From assembly GCF_004010195.1 (NCBI RefSeq), contig NC_057719.1:69440401-69504400 (forward strand): 64,000 nt of DNA, read 5' to 3'. Position 1 is the stretch's first letter. The number at the start of each line of letters is the position of its first letter. The notes beneath the pieces were generated by a model. The model had not been told where the DNA came from, did no database searches, and saw nothing but the letters and a program-made list of their open reading frames with translations. Positions 41,523 through 54,050 of this stretch are shown piece by piece. Made by a program: the position numbers and the translations under genes. Origin of the DNA: Chiloscyllium plagiosum. Its lineage: Eukaryota.

Positions 41523-41734
41523 GAGAAATTGAGGACTGCAGATGGTGGATATCAGAGTCAAAAAGTGTGGCGCTGGAAAAATGCAGCAGGTCAGGCAGCA
41601 TCTGAGGAGCAGGAGAGTCGATGTTTCGGGCATAATGTTCCAGATGAAGGGCTTATGTCCGATATGTTGTCTCTCCTGCTCCTCGGATGCTGCCTGACCT
41701 GCTGTGCTGTACTAACATCACACTTTTTGACACC
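41523..41734. mobile_element. Fold-back PLE-derived element with a ~16-bp TSD
   Basis: Imperfect inverted arms at 41557-41635 and 41653-41731. TSD CACTTCTCCTGGATAA (41507-41522) versus CACTTCTCCTATATAA (41735-41750). The centre has a decayed hammerhead, CAGATGAAGGGCTTATGTCCGATATG. Confidence 0.85.
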
Positions 41735-42340
41735 CACTTCTCCTATATAACAAGGAAGGTATGCATTCATTATACATATATACAAACATGACAACAAGGG
41801 GCACAATTGTAATTATTAGGATGCAGGTATATGTCATCTGCCTCAGTCAGGATCTGGACCAGCAAGACTTACTTGTTTCTCTAGCCAGAGTCTGTGTTAA
41901 GATCAGGTTAACCTAGTGCAACCTCAATATCAACTCTTTCAGAATTGTTGCTTTATACAATACTTATTGACACTCAGCTGATACATGCTGAACACCTTGG
42001 AGAGTTAGAGTCTTCCTTTGAAAGTCTGTTGCTTGAACAAAGAAATAAGAAGGAAATGCTGAGCATAATTTCTAATACATTAAATGTTTGTACAAATAAA
42101 TATATAGCAATTAAATCTTTTGATACCAATTAAGGACTAATTTTACAAAATTGGACAACAAACAGGTGATTAACTGGTATTCATATCAAAACATAACAAT
42201 TGAAGACTTAAGGGTTTAAGTGATCTCAAATCAAGTAGCTACATCAACTACAAGTGTTTAAACGAAAATTATCTTCAAAAGATTGGGAATACACTTACTC
42301 AGTCTGAGCTGTGATGAGTCGTTGGCATTGACAAATCGTG

Positions 42341-43059
42341 GTAAAAACAATGACTGCAGATGCTGGAAACCAGATTCTGGATTAGTGGTGCTGGAAGAGC
42401 ATAGCAGTTCAGGCAGCATCTGAGGAGCAGTAAAATCGACGTTTCGGGCAAAAGCCCTTTATCAGGAAATGGTTCGGTGCCGGCGCATTGCTGCAAGTGT
42501 GGAGCGGAGGATCTTGAAGGAGAACTGTTGCTGGTGTTTTTGAATTTGTAGTCTGTACTGTTTATCCTGCTCGGGTTCGAATTCTGCTGGTTTAAAGGTG
42601 GTCCGGAGTCCGTGTGGGATGAGTTGGTTACGGAGGCAGGCATTGAGGAAGCAAATGTGGCTGTGGTAGAGAGTTTGTTTCAGGACATGGTTGAAGAGCT
42701 TCAGGGCAGAGGAAATGACCTGGGAGTTGCAGTGGGAGAGGGACTCCTGGAGATTCTTGTAGAGAGAGGAGGAAAACTTCTTCAAGGCAGGCAGCCTTGC
42801 AAGAGGATTCGCAGTAGGGTTAAAATCAACTGGTAAAAACAATGACTGCAGATGCTGGAAACCAGATTCTGGATACCAGATTCTGGATTAGTGGTGCTGG
42901 AAGAGCACAACAGTTCAGGCAGCATCAGAGGAGCAGTAAAATTGACATTTCGGGCAAAAGGCCTTCATCAGGGAGGGATTTTGCCCAAAACGTCGATTTT
43001 ACTGCTCCTTGGATGCTGCCTGAACTGCTGTGCTCTTCCAGCACCACTAATCCTGAATC
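42341..43059 (-). mobile_element. Internally deleted Penelope-like mini-element: tandem pseudo-LTRs, ORF N-terminus and inverted terminal copy
   Basis: Direct repeats at 42339-42467 and 42831-42972, and an inverted copy at 42974-43059. The ORF 42462-42842 contains HICFLNACLRNQLIPHGL, a PLE N-terminal motif. TSD CATTGACAAATCGTG (42326-42340) / CATTGACAAATCATG (43060-43074). Confidence 0.88.
42432..42466 (-). ncRNA. Minimal hammerhead ribozyme motif (PLE type) with one core substitution
   Basis: The minus strand reads CCUGAUAA-A-GGGC-UUUU-GCCC-GAAA-CGUC-GAUUUU. The second copy (42938-42972) keeps CUGAUGA but reads GAAAUGUC. Confidence 0.65.
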
Positions 43060-43114
43060 CATTGACAAATCATGACCTATTGGCGATCATAGTTTTCAAT
43101 GCTGCCCTGCATTT

Positions 43115-43290
43115 TGAAAAGGTAAAGTTGCCATAGTCTTGCCAGATCGTATGGCTGTGCTCTCATTAGACAGGTGGTGGTTTAACATGAGGGCCACCAT
43201 GTCTCAGAGGTTGAGAATGAGTGCCCTTTCTGGGAATTAAGTCCATGCTGCTTGCATCACAAACCAACCATCCAGAATTTGAGCTGAATC
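43115..43290 (-). mobile_element. Decayed tRNA-derived SINE
   Basis: GGTGGTGGTTTAACATGAGGGCCACC core. A related plus-strand piece lies at ~8450-8560 (GGGGTAACCCTCAAGTTAAAC). Confidence 0.5.
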
Positions 43291-43649
43291 CTCATCTTCG
43301 AAATCAATAAGGTCTATGAAATGCCTTGTGCTAATGGGAAGTTTGTTGAAAGTAGTAGAAGTTGACTATCAATGTCTTGCAATTCATACATCACATTTCA
43401 GTTTCACTAGAAGTTCACTATATATCTCAATTTGTTGTCACTGTCAAAACAAGATGTTGGTCACACTGAAAAAAGCATGTATACACAGTTTCCCATAATC
43501 ATCATGGTAGAACCACAGTCAGTACTGAAATACAGTGGCGAGAATTCTGACATCACAACATCTGCGAAAAGGAACAGGAAGCCATCAGCCCATCAAGCCA
43601 GCCTACCACTCAAGTGGATCAGCTACTTCTATGCCATTGTGTGCTCTCT

Positions 43650-45350
43650 CTTAATATCCTCTTCATTACTCTCCATCAATTTATAAACAGAACATGATCC
43701 AACAGGCCTGAGGTAGACAAATCCAGTCTGCAGGAGCCTTTCTAGATTATACGGAATGTTGAAACAAAGACAAACACAACCACTCTCTCCAGTCACACAC
43801 AAGGCTGGAATGTAACTCGTCTGGTCTGAGGAATTTATCAATCTTCAGTACATTTAATTTTCCCAAACACTAGGTTGCTGATAATATCAGTTTGACAATC
43901 TCAAGTCAAAGTTCAAAATTGTGTCTCTCCTCTACTAGGTCCGCATTTACTTAATTAAAGTTTTTTTTCACATAAAGAAACAAGCGTTTTACAGTCCACC
44001 TTTATGTTAGTTGCTAGTTTGCATTCATATTCTTTTCTCCTTCTTGTATGTTTCTTTGTCATCATTTACTGAGTGATAAACTGTTGCAAATACTCAGGCT
44101 TAATTTTTCTGGTAGCCTCAAAAACCACTTTCTTTGGTCTAACACAATCTGTGAACTTTTGTTAGCCAGTTGATACATCTTTCCCTTTGAGCATTTGTGC
44201 CTCAGAGGAACGTCCATCTCTCAGAAGACATACTGTTTTAAATACAAGTCCTTGCCTGCAAGTCAAATCTAGCTCGTATTGTCAATTTTCCAAACCAAAA
44301 CCAGCATTTTCCCCCATATCTTCATATTTTCCATTGTTCAGTTTGAAGACTATAGTTTCAGAATAAGCTACACTATACCACATTCAAACTCAAGTGGAAC
44401 TCTGTCATATTAGAGGCAATATTTACCAAAGGTTTCTCTACTGCAAGTTCAATTATCTCTTATGCATTCCATAATAAATCCAAAATAGTTTGATTCCTAG
44501 TTGATTTTTCAACATTATTCACAAAAAATACAAAATCCTGTGCATGCTGCAGGAATTCATCTTGCAATGCATTAATGCGGATTAGGTTTTCCCAGTTTAA
44601 ATAAATTGAAGTGGTCAATTATTACACCACGAATGTTACATGCCTCTGATTTTCTGGTTTATTCTGGTGTCCAATGATATGAATTCTGTTTGGTGGTCTG
44701 CAGACAACTCTCCTCAATGTTTGCTGCTAAAGCTGTTTTTTAGCTCAATATCAACTGAGTTGACGTTGATATGCAGTGATTTGCTCGAATTGATATAATG
44801 ACGTCTTTTGAGTATTACCCTATAGAACCTTACCTTTCATGTCCAGCCTTCTAAATAACAAATTACCTTGGTCATCCTGTAACTATGTCTCCCATTTACC
44901 TCAATTTGTGTCTTCAAAATCAAACTTTGCTAATTACTGCACACATTCAAAGTGTCTAATTCTGCCTTTTTAAACATTCTATTCCATGCTTGCTATTGCT
45001 TAGATTGTCAAAATTTCACATTACTTCATTAGTGGTTTTGTTTCCCATCCCACTGGCATTCTAATTTAAACCCCTTCCACAGCAACTTGCAATTCTAAGA
45101 GAATAGCAGCTGTTAAGATGCGACGCACTAACCTTGTATAGGTTGAAACCATGCCAGAACCAGTCCCAATCTCCAGAAGTTAGATGCCTCCTCCTTTACC
45201 AGTTTTCTCATCACATGTCCAATTTCTCAATTCCCCTATAATCAATGCTCGTTAGCACAAAGAGCTGGAAGCAATCGTAGGCTTACTGCTTTTCAGGGCC
45301 TGCTTTTCCAACTATTTCCTAGCACTCAAAAATTAATATTATCTTCAGTT
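43650..45350 (-). mobile_element. Ancient CR1 5' portion: ORF1 (esterase-like) C-terminus and ORF2 AP-endonuclease remnants
   Basis: The rc of ~44400-44630 gives a GDFN..INWE...EFL..VEkpTRnqaILDL-like pattern. The rc of ~45060-45300 gives a WD.FW...LY....LN-like ORF1 pattern ending EGFKL/GLN*. Confidence 0.55.
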
Positions 45351-45504
45351 TCTGGAAACTTATCCTCTGTTTAACACCACAGACTCTAGATCCTTGAAGA
45401 GAAGTAATTCTCCTTTATCTGTCTTAACAGGCAACCTCATGCTGGGATTATGCGTTCTGGTCCTACACTCTCCCAACAAAGGGAAACAACCCAAATGAGT
45501 GACT

Positions 45505-46078
45505 TAAAACCATAAATGCCAAGCATGCGTGCTTGGTAGAATTTGTGCGTGAGTGTGACAAAGTATCAACCTGTGAAAGGGTGTGCGTGTGGGTGAGAGT
45601 GTGGAGGCACTGTGTGTATGTCTGAGAGACAGCGTGTGTATGAGAGAGGGTCTGACTGACTGTGAACGTATGTAAATGTGTGTATGAGAGAGTGTATAGT
45701 GTAGTGGATCACCAGTAGTGTGACATGAACCCAAGATCCCGGTTGAGGCTATCCTCATGGGTACCGAACTTAGCTAATCGGTCTCTGCTCGGCCACTCTG
45801 CATTGTCGTTTATCTCCAAGATCACCCGAAGATCGGAGGCCAACTGTCCCTGACCTCTGAAGCGTTCCACAACTGGGAGGGAACATCCCTGACTGGCTAT
45901 TGTTGCGCAGTGTCCATTCATCCGTAGTTGTAACTTTGAACAGAGGCTGACAGCCACGTTCAGTACCCATGACCTTGAGTTCAAGTCACACTACTGGTGA
46001 CCCCACCACACTACATACACTCACACACACATACACACAGCCCTCACAAACCCACGCACACATCCTCACAGGCTTATA

Positions 46079-46116
<38 letters not shown>

Positions 46117-46530
46117 TATGGGGTGAACTTGCATTACAGAATTATATTTGCTGATAGATTCTATTTTTGCTCAAAAAGCACAGTCTGCAGGCAGTCAATC
46201 TATACAACAATTTATAAATTATAAATTCCTGGAAACATAACTTGTCGGACTCAAGATTGGGATACACACAGACTCTAATCTCACACCGTTAATGCATTGT
46301 CTGAGCTAAGACGTCACCTTTTTTAAAAATAAAACTAAGTTCTCAGGAATCTGATATAAAAGTAGTTCTGGGATTTACATATTAGTGAACCAAAACCTGC
46401 AACCTATTCTAAAAGATGAAAGACTTAACAGCAATCAATATATCGCGTCAATTGCATAACTGATCTTTTGCCATAAGTTCTATGTATCATCATCCTGTCC
46501 CACAGATATCTGATGAAGGAACAGCTCTTC
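45505..46530. mobile_element. Second Penelope-like family: GIY-YIG C-terminus and 3' region in inverted arrangement
   Basis: The minus ORF reads LRMNGHCATIASQGCSLPVVERFRGQG...LAKFGTHEDSLNRDLGFMSHYW. A plus-strand echo, EQRLTATFSTH..SHYW*, starts at ~45937. Both sides have CA/TG-rich tails, and the unit ends at a truncated CTGATGAAGGAACAGC (46510). Confidence 0.8.
46083..46112 (+). repeat. (CA)n microsatellite within the PLE 3' region
   Basis: Seen directly. Confidence 0.95.
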
Positions 46531-46670
46531 TGGCTTTACTTCAGGCTTAGTGAGTTTTGACTGCAGAGAACAGAGACCCCACTGCCAAGACAAGGAAGAA
46601 CTGAACACTTTCTCTAACTTGTACCAGCTTCAAGTTGTTAAGTTACATGAATCAATAAATGACAGGTTGT

Positions 46671-48960
46671 TCATAGAGATGTACAGAACAGAAACAGATG
46701 CTTTGGTCCAACTCGTCCATGACAACCAGATATCCTAACCTAATCTAGTCCCATTTGCCAGCACCCGACCCATATCCCTCTAAACCTTTCCTATTCATAT
46801 ACCCACCCAGATGAGCTTTAAATGTTGCAACTGTACCAGCCTCCACCACTTCCTCTGGCAGCTCATTCTATACAGGTACCTCACACTGCATGTAAACATT
46901 GTCCTTGAGGTCCCTTTTACAGCTTTCCGCTTTCATCCTAAACCTATGCCCTCTAGTTTTGGATTCCCCAAGGTCATGGAAAAGAAGTTGTCTATTTATC
47001 CTATCCATGCCCCTCAATTTTGTAAACCTCTATAAGGTCACCCCTCAGCCTCCGACGCTCCAGGGAAAACAGCCCCAGCCTGTTCAGCCTCTCCCTATAG
47101 CTCAAATCCTCCAACCCTAGCAATATTCTGGTAAATCCTTTCTGAACCCTTTCGAGTTTCAAAACATCCTTCCGATAGGAAGGAGACCAGAATTGCATAC
47201 AATATTCCAATAGTGGCCTAACCAATGTCCTGTACAACCACAGCATGATCTCCCAACTCCTATACTCAATACTCTGACCAATAAAGGGAAGCATACCAAA
47301 CGCCTTCTTCACTATCCTATCTACCTGCGACTCCACTTTCAAGGAGCTATGAACCTGCACACTGTTCAGCAACACTCCCTCGGACCTTACCATTAAGTCT
47401 TGCGCTGATTTGCGTTTCCAAAATACAGCACCTCACATTTATCTAATTTCAACTCCATCTGCCACTCCTCAGCCCATCTGATCAACATCCCATTGTAGTC
47501 AGAGGTATCCTTCTTCACTGTCCACTAATTCTTCAACTTTGGAGTCATCTGCAAACTTACTAACTATACCTATGTTCACATCCAAATCATTAATGTAAAT
47601 GACAAAAAGCAGTAGACTCAGCACTGATCCTTGTGGCATTCCACTGGTCACAGGCCTCCAGTCTGAAAAGCAACCCTCCTCCACCATCACCCTCTATCTT
47701 CTACCTTTGAGTCAGTTCTGTATCCAAATGGATAGTTCTCCCTGTATTCCAGGGGATCTAACCTTACTAATCAATCTCCCATGGGGAATCTTTCTGAAGT
47801 CCATACAGATCACGTCAACCACTCTGCCCTCATTAATCCTCTTTGTTACTTCTTCAAAAAATTCAATCAAGTTCAAGAGACATGATTTCCCACGCACAAA
47901 GCCATGCTGACCCTCCCTAATCAATCGTTGCCTTTTCAAATACATGTAAATCCTGTCCCTCAGAATTCCCTCCAACAACTTGCCCACAACTGATGTCAGG
48001 CTCATTGGTCTATAGTTCCCTGGCTTTTCCTTACCACCTTTCTTAAATGGTGGTACCAAGTTAGACAACCTCCAGTCTTCCAGCCCCTCACTCGTGACTG
48101 TCAATGATCCAAATATTTCAGCAAGGAGCCCAGCAATCACTTTCCTAGCTTCCCATGGACTTCTAGGGTACATTTGATCAGGTGCTGGGGATTTGTCTAC
48201 GTGCATTTCAAGTACCTATTCCTCTGTACATGGACATCAAGATGTCACCATTTATTTCCCCAAATTCTATATCTTCCACATCCTTCTCCACAATAAACAC
48301 TGATGCAAAGTAATCTGTTAGTATTCCCCTCAACTCCTGCAGCTCCACATAGGCTGCCTTGCTGATCTTTGAGGTGCCCTATTCTCTCCCTAGTTACCTG
48401 TTTGTCTTAACGTATTTGCAAAACCCTTTGGATTCACCTTAATTCTATTTGCCAAAGCTATTTCATGTCCCCTTTTTGCCCTCCTAATTTCCTTCTTAAA
48501 CATACTCCTACTGCCTTTATCTCTCAATCTCTCCTGTCTATACTTGACATATGCCTCCTTCTTTTTCTTAACCAAAACCTCAATTTCTCTAATCATCCAG
48601 CATTTCCTACAACTACCAGCCTTTCCTTTCACTCTGAATGGAATATACTGCTTCTGGATTCTTGTTATCTCACTTCTGAAGGCTTCCCAGTTTCCAGCTG
48701 TCCCCAATCAGCTTTTGAATGCTCTTGCCCAATACCATCAAAATTAGCCTTCCTCCAATTTAGAACTTCAACTTTAAGATCTGGTCTATCCTCTATCACT
48801 ATTTTAAAATGAATAGAATTATGGTCTCTGGCCCCAAAGTGCTCCCCCACTGACACCTCAGTCACCTGTCCTACCTTATTACCCAAGAGTTGGTCAAGTT
48901 TTGCATCTTCTCTGGTAGGTACATTTACATACAGAATCAGAAAATTTTCTTTGACAAGCA
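46671..48960 (-). mobile_element. CR1 LINE, ~2.3 kb, from the end of the endonuclease through RT to the 3' end; frameshifted
   Basis: YVNVPTREDAKLDQLLGN, KSPAPDQMYPR, NYRPMSLTS, QHGFVRGKSCL, GMPQGSVL and KFADD. Confidence 0.95.
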
Positions 48961-49344
48961 AAAGGTCCCCTCTCATTTTAAACACAAAAATACAAAGACA
49001 TTCCTTGTAATTACTCAGGTATTGAAATCAAACCTTAAAAATGAAACCTCATCTTAAAACCTCTATGAAACTTAGCTTTTGCTGTAAATGCATTTTGCAT
49101 ATGGCCAGAGGTCTGCTATAGTCTTTCACCTTGATTTAGTTGTTGTTTGCACTGTCTGGATCAAACCAGATAGGTTCCCTCTCTCACTGAAGCTCACAAA
49201 TCAGGAAGAGATTGTTGAACCATTCATATAATCTCCAGTCAAATTCTATTAAGGATCACTGTGAACCACAACTCATTAGCAGTATCTAAATGCCTTTAAT
49301 GATAATTTAGAATAGGAACTGCCTTCAGTTGTGTGCCAAAGGAT

Positions 49345-50119
49345 ACAAGACCATAAGACATAGGAGCGGAAGTAAGGCCATTCGGCCCATCGAGTCCACT
49401 CTGCCATTCAATCATGGCTGATGGGCATTTCAATTCCACTTACCCGCATTCTCCCCGTAGCCCTTAATTCCTTGTGACATCAAGAATTTATCAATTTCTG
49501 CCTTGAAGACATTTAGCGTTCCAGCCTCCACTGCATTCTGCAGCAATGAATTTCACAGGCCCACCACTCTCTGGCTGAAGAAATGTCTCCGCATTTCTGT
49601 TCTGAATTTACCCCCTCTAATTCTAAGGCTGTGTCCACGGGTCCTAGTCTCCTCGCCTAACGGAAACAATTTCCTAGCGTCCACCATCTCCAAGCCATTT
49701 ATTATCTTGTAAGTTTCTATTAGATCTCCCCTTAAATCTTCTAAACTCCAGTGACTACAATGCCAGGATCCTCAGCCGTTCCTCATATGTTAGACCTACC
49801 ATTCCAGGGATCATCCGTGTGAATCTCCGCTGGACACGCTCCAGTGCCAGTATGTCCTTCCTGAGGTGTGGGGACCAAAACTGGACACAGTACTCCAAAT
49901 GGGGCCTAACCAGAGATTTATAAAGTCTCAGTAGCACAACGGTGCTTTTATATTCCAACCCTCTTGAGATAATTGACAACATTGCATTCGCTTTCTTAAT
50001 CACGGACTCAACCTGCATGTTTACCTTTAGAGAATCCTCAACTAGCACTCCCAGATCCCTCTGTACTTTGGCTTTACGAATTTTCTCACCGTTTAGAAAG
50101 TAATCCATGCTTCTATTTC
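49345..50119 (-). mobile_element. Younger CR1 3' fragment of a different subfamily
   Basis: Long intact frame ...LVRPHLEYCVQFWSPHLRKDILALERVQRRFTRMIPG. CpGs are retained. Confidence 0.92.
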
Positions 50120-51069
50120 TATGCTGTTGAAGAAAAAAAAAATAGAGGTCACAATCAAATCCGCTGTGGTCTTAAATGGTGGAACAAGCTCGATGGACAA
50201 AATGGCCAACTCTGTTCCAAACCAGCAAGTCTGAAGAGGAAGTAGTACATTCCAATTTTTGTTGCTGCTTTTGAATATGAAGTCTTAGGATATATAACTG
50301 CATAAGAGAAGCTTTGAAATTCAAGTCTTAATTTGTAAGATATTCTTTTTAATTAATGATATATCAATAAAACATGATACAAGGCAGCATAATGGAGTTT
50401 CTAATCCAAACCTGCATAATTCATGATCTAGACGATGTAACAAATTATATCTATTATGAATCTGCAGCTTAAACATATACCTTGGTAAAAATCATGACTA
50501 CATTTCACATGTAAATTTCACAACACATCTTCCAGATGGCACCAGCTGAATCTACTAAGAATGATTTATCTCCAAAATTCAACAAAACACCACTCAGACA
50601 TCACATAAAACACAAACATTACACTGCTTTAACAGTTTATAAGCATAATTAGTGAGAAGACCTTTGCAGATAGTGCAAATCACATGAATCAGTTATGGAG
50701 AGCCTAAAGGTAGAATTTCTCTTTCATTACAGAAATACAGTTCGTAATGAAAATGTCAAAGCAGCTCGCAACATGCAAAGTGGGAAAAAGAGTTCCGGAA
50801 CAAAAATCTTTTCCATACAAATACACCTTAATTCCTTTCAATTATTAATTCAACTAACACAAAAAAAAGGACACAATGAAATAACATAATAGCAAGTGTG
50901 ATTCTCTATGCAGCCACAGCTATCAACCTTTTATGTTCCTTATTACAGTTGCATACATATTCCCATTTTACAGGCTGCTTGTTACTTCTCAAACTCGAGC
51001 CGGAGGGGATCAGTCAGGACATCAGAACGGATTCATTTCTGGCTGGCCATTCTTAGTTACCCTCGAAAA

Positions 51070-52110
51070 GATGGTGGTGACCAGTCTTCTTGAACCACTA
51101 CAGTGCATTTAATTTGTCCTTATAGAGTGAATTCCAGGACTTTGACCATTTATTTCCAAGTCAGGATGGTGAGTGGCTTTGAGGGAAACTTGTAGGTCGT
51201 GGTGTTCCTGTATATCTACTGTCCTTGATCTAGAAGTAAGTAGTCATGGATGTGGAAGGTGCCCTTGAAGGATCGTTTGTGAATTTCTGCAATGCACCTT
51301 GTAGATAGCACACTGCTGCTACGAAGCAGTGATAGTGGAGGGAGTGGACACTTGTAGATTTGCCAATCAAGCAGGCTGCTTTGGCAGTCAAGCTTCGAGT
51401 ATTATTGGAGCTGCATCCATCCAGGCAAATGGGGCGGGGGGGGGGGGGGGGGCTATTCCATCATACGCCCGACTTGTGCCTTGTATATGTTGGACAGATT
51501 TTGGGGAGTCAGGAGTTGAGTTACTCACCACAGTATTCCTAGCCTCTGACCTGGTCTTTTAGCTAGTGTTTACATGGAGACTCCAGCTGAGCTTCTGGTC
51601 AATAGTAACTCCAAGGATGATGATAGTGGGGGAATTCAGTGATGCTAACACCTCTGAACATCATGGGGCAGTGGTTAGATTCTCTGATTAGAGATGGTCA
51701 TTGCTTGGCATTTGTGGGAAACAAATGTTACTGGCCACTTGTCAGCCCAAGCCTAGATACTATCTCGACAACGTTACATTTGAACTTGGCTTACATCAAA
51801 ATCCGAGTCATCACAAATGGTACTGACCATTGTGCAATCAGCGAACATCCCCACTTCTAACCTTATGACAGAAGGTCTTTCATTAATGAAGCAGGTGAAG
51901 ATGGTTGGGCCTAGGACACTAATCTTAGGAATTCCTGCAGAGATGTCCTGGAGCTGAGATGACAGACCTATAACCACCTCAATAATCTTCCCATGACTCC
52001 AAGCAGAGAGGTTGCCCGATTCCAATTATTTCCAATTTTGCTGGGGCTCCTTCGTGCCACACCGTCAAATGTGGCCTGGATGTCAGGAGCGGTCACTCTC
52101 ATCTCATTAA
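51070..52110 (-). mobile_element. Non-LTR retrotransposon RT and 3' fragment (CR1/L2-like family distinct from the main one)
   Basis: GIPKISVLGPTIFTCFINERPSVIRLEVGMFADCT. It contains a G tract at 51431-51452. Confidence 0.75.
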
Positions 52111-52139
52111 GATGAAGCGGTATGGGTTACGACACAGGA

Positions 52140-53350
52140 TTGTCACAGCAGAGGAGGCAGCCAAATCAGCCGATCATGTCTGCACTGGCTTTCAAGAGTG
52201 ATTTATCTTGTGTCATTCACCTACATTTATCTCCTGCAACTGGACATATCCATTTTTTTTTCAGATAACAATCTGATTCCATCTTGGAATGCCTTGCCTC
52301 CACCACAGATACATGCAGTGCATTTCAGATCTTAAATTATTCTTTTCATTAAAGGTTTCTACAGGTCACCATTGTTCCTTTCCCTAATTAGCTTAAACTG
52401 CAGATGTTCACTTGTGATCCTAACACCAGAAACATTTATCCCTACATACCCTGCTCAGACAGTCAACCTCATCTCAGCCTTTTCTTCTCCAAGGAAAATA
52501 GGCCCAACTTCTCCAATCAATCCATTTTTGTAACTGAAATTCCTCAACCACTGAACCATTCACAGGAGTCTATTTGTACTGTAATGCCTTCATATTTCAG
52601 AATACATTACACCCAAAACTGGATCCTGTACTCCATTTGAGGCTGAACCTGTATCTTCCACACATTCAAAACACCCTCCATGCTGTTGTATTTTACACTC
52701 CGATTAACAAAGCAGAGGGTACCAAATGTTTTAGTAATGCTCTTTCAACTTGTCCTGCCACCTTCAATGATTTTCATGAACATATACACCCAGGTTCTTC
52801 TGTTCCTGCAACTGCTTTAATCACATGTATGTTTTATAGGTATGTTCTTCACACCAAAAAGAAACTAATTTCTCTGCACTGAGTTTTACCTGTCAGATGC
52901 CCACTTATGTCACCAGCTTGTTTCTGTTCTTCCATCTATCTATTACAATTGCAGTATCAACTGCAAAATCAGAAAGAGCAAGGATCCCAACAGTGCCCAT
53001 CGGGCAACTCTACTATAAACCATCCTCCCATTAACTGCTGCGTTTTCTATCACTCAGACAATTTTATATCCAGGTTGCATCCAACCCTTTTATTTCTTGA
53101 ACTAAAACCCTACTCACAAGCCCACTGTCCAGCACTGTATCAAACATTCTTGGAAATACACATCTACTATAATGGCAATACCCTCATCACCTTTGGGTTA
53201 CCTTTTTGAAATCTTCAGGTTGCTTAAAAATGTCTTCCCTCACAAATCTGTACTGTTTTTCCTTAATTTATCCACATTTGTCTAAATGACTTAATTTTGA
53301 CTCAAATAATTGTATTGTTCAAGTTTTCCAAATATGCAAGTTAAACGTAG
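52140..53350 (-). mobile_element. Very old CR1 fragment
   Basis: Decayed CR1 C-terminal and RT motifs (rc of CAAAACTGGA...TACTCCA; GGATCCCAACAGTGCCCATCGGGCAAC as the [10 protein letters not shown] region). Confidence 0.6.
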
Positions 53351-53744
53351 CAGCCTCACATTCTAACCACAGCCCTACAAAAGCATTAACTTGGACATAT
53401 CATATGCCACCATACGTTTCTCGAGACAACTAGGGCAAACAACTAAGTTATTCCAAAACCATGTTGTTGGATAACATGTAGGCCAAAATGCAGTTACATA
53501 ATGCATTGTAATTCTGAATATGCACATTTCATGCTATTCTGCATCGTATCACATTTCATTGTTCAATGCACAGAAGAGGTTCTGACTGTGGTCAATTGTC
53601 AACAAGAGTCAATACAGCTATAAATCAGTCAATAAAAACAAGACTAAACTTAGATTAAGGGTACAATTCCCTTGTGCGTATAATAAAAGAGAATTTAGAG
53701 ACACTGAAGGTGGTCTACAGACATGTTGTAAGAAATATAAGAAA

Positions 53745-54050
53745 TAGCAAAAAGGTCTTTTACCCAGGGGAGGAGAGTTCAAAACAGGAGGGCATAATTT
53801 CAAAGATGGTAAGGGAAAGAACTGAAAGGAACTTGGGGGCAACTTTTTCACGGAGGGTGTGTTTATGGAATGAACTGTCGGAGGAAGTGACAGATATAGG
53901 TACAGTTACAACATTTAAATGACATTTGGACATGTACATGATTTAGAGAAATAAGCCAAACGCAGCTAAGGCTAGTTTAATTTGGGAAACCTGGTCAGCA
54001 TGGATGAGTTGGACTGAAGGGTCTATTTTTGTGCTGTACGATTCTAACTC
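53745..54050 (+). mobile_element. CR1 3' end
   Basis: RVCLWNELSEEV plus the CR1 3'UTR. Confidence 0.8.

Noticed and set aside
46671..48960. Active LINE / functional reverse transcriptase
   Set aside because: Multiple frameshifts, stops and deletions, and it is 5'-truncated.
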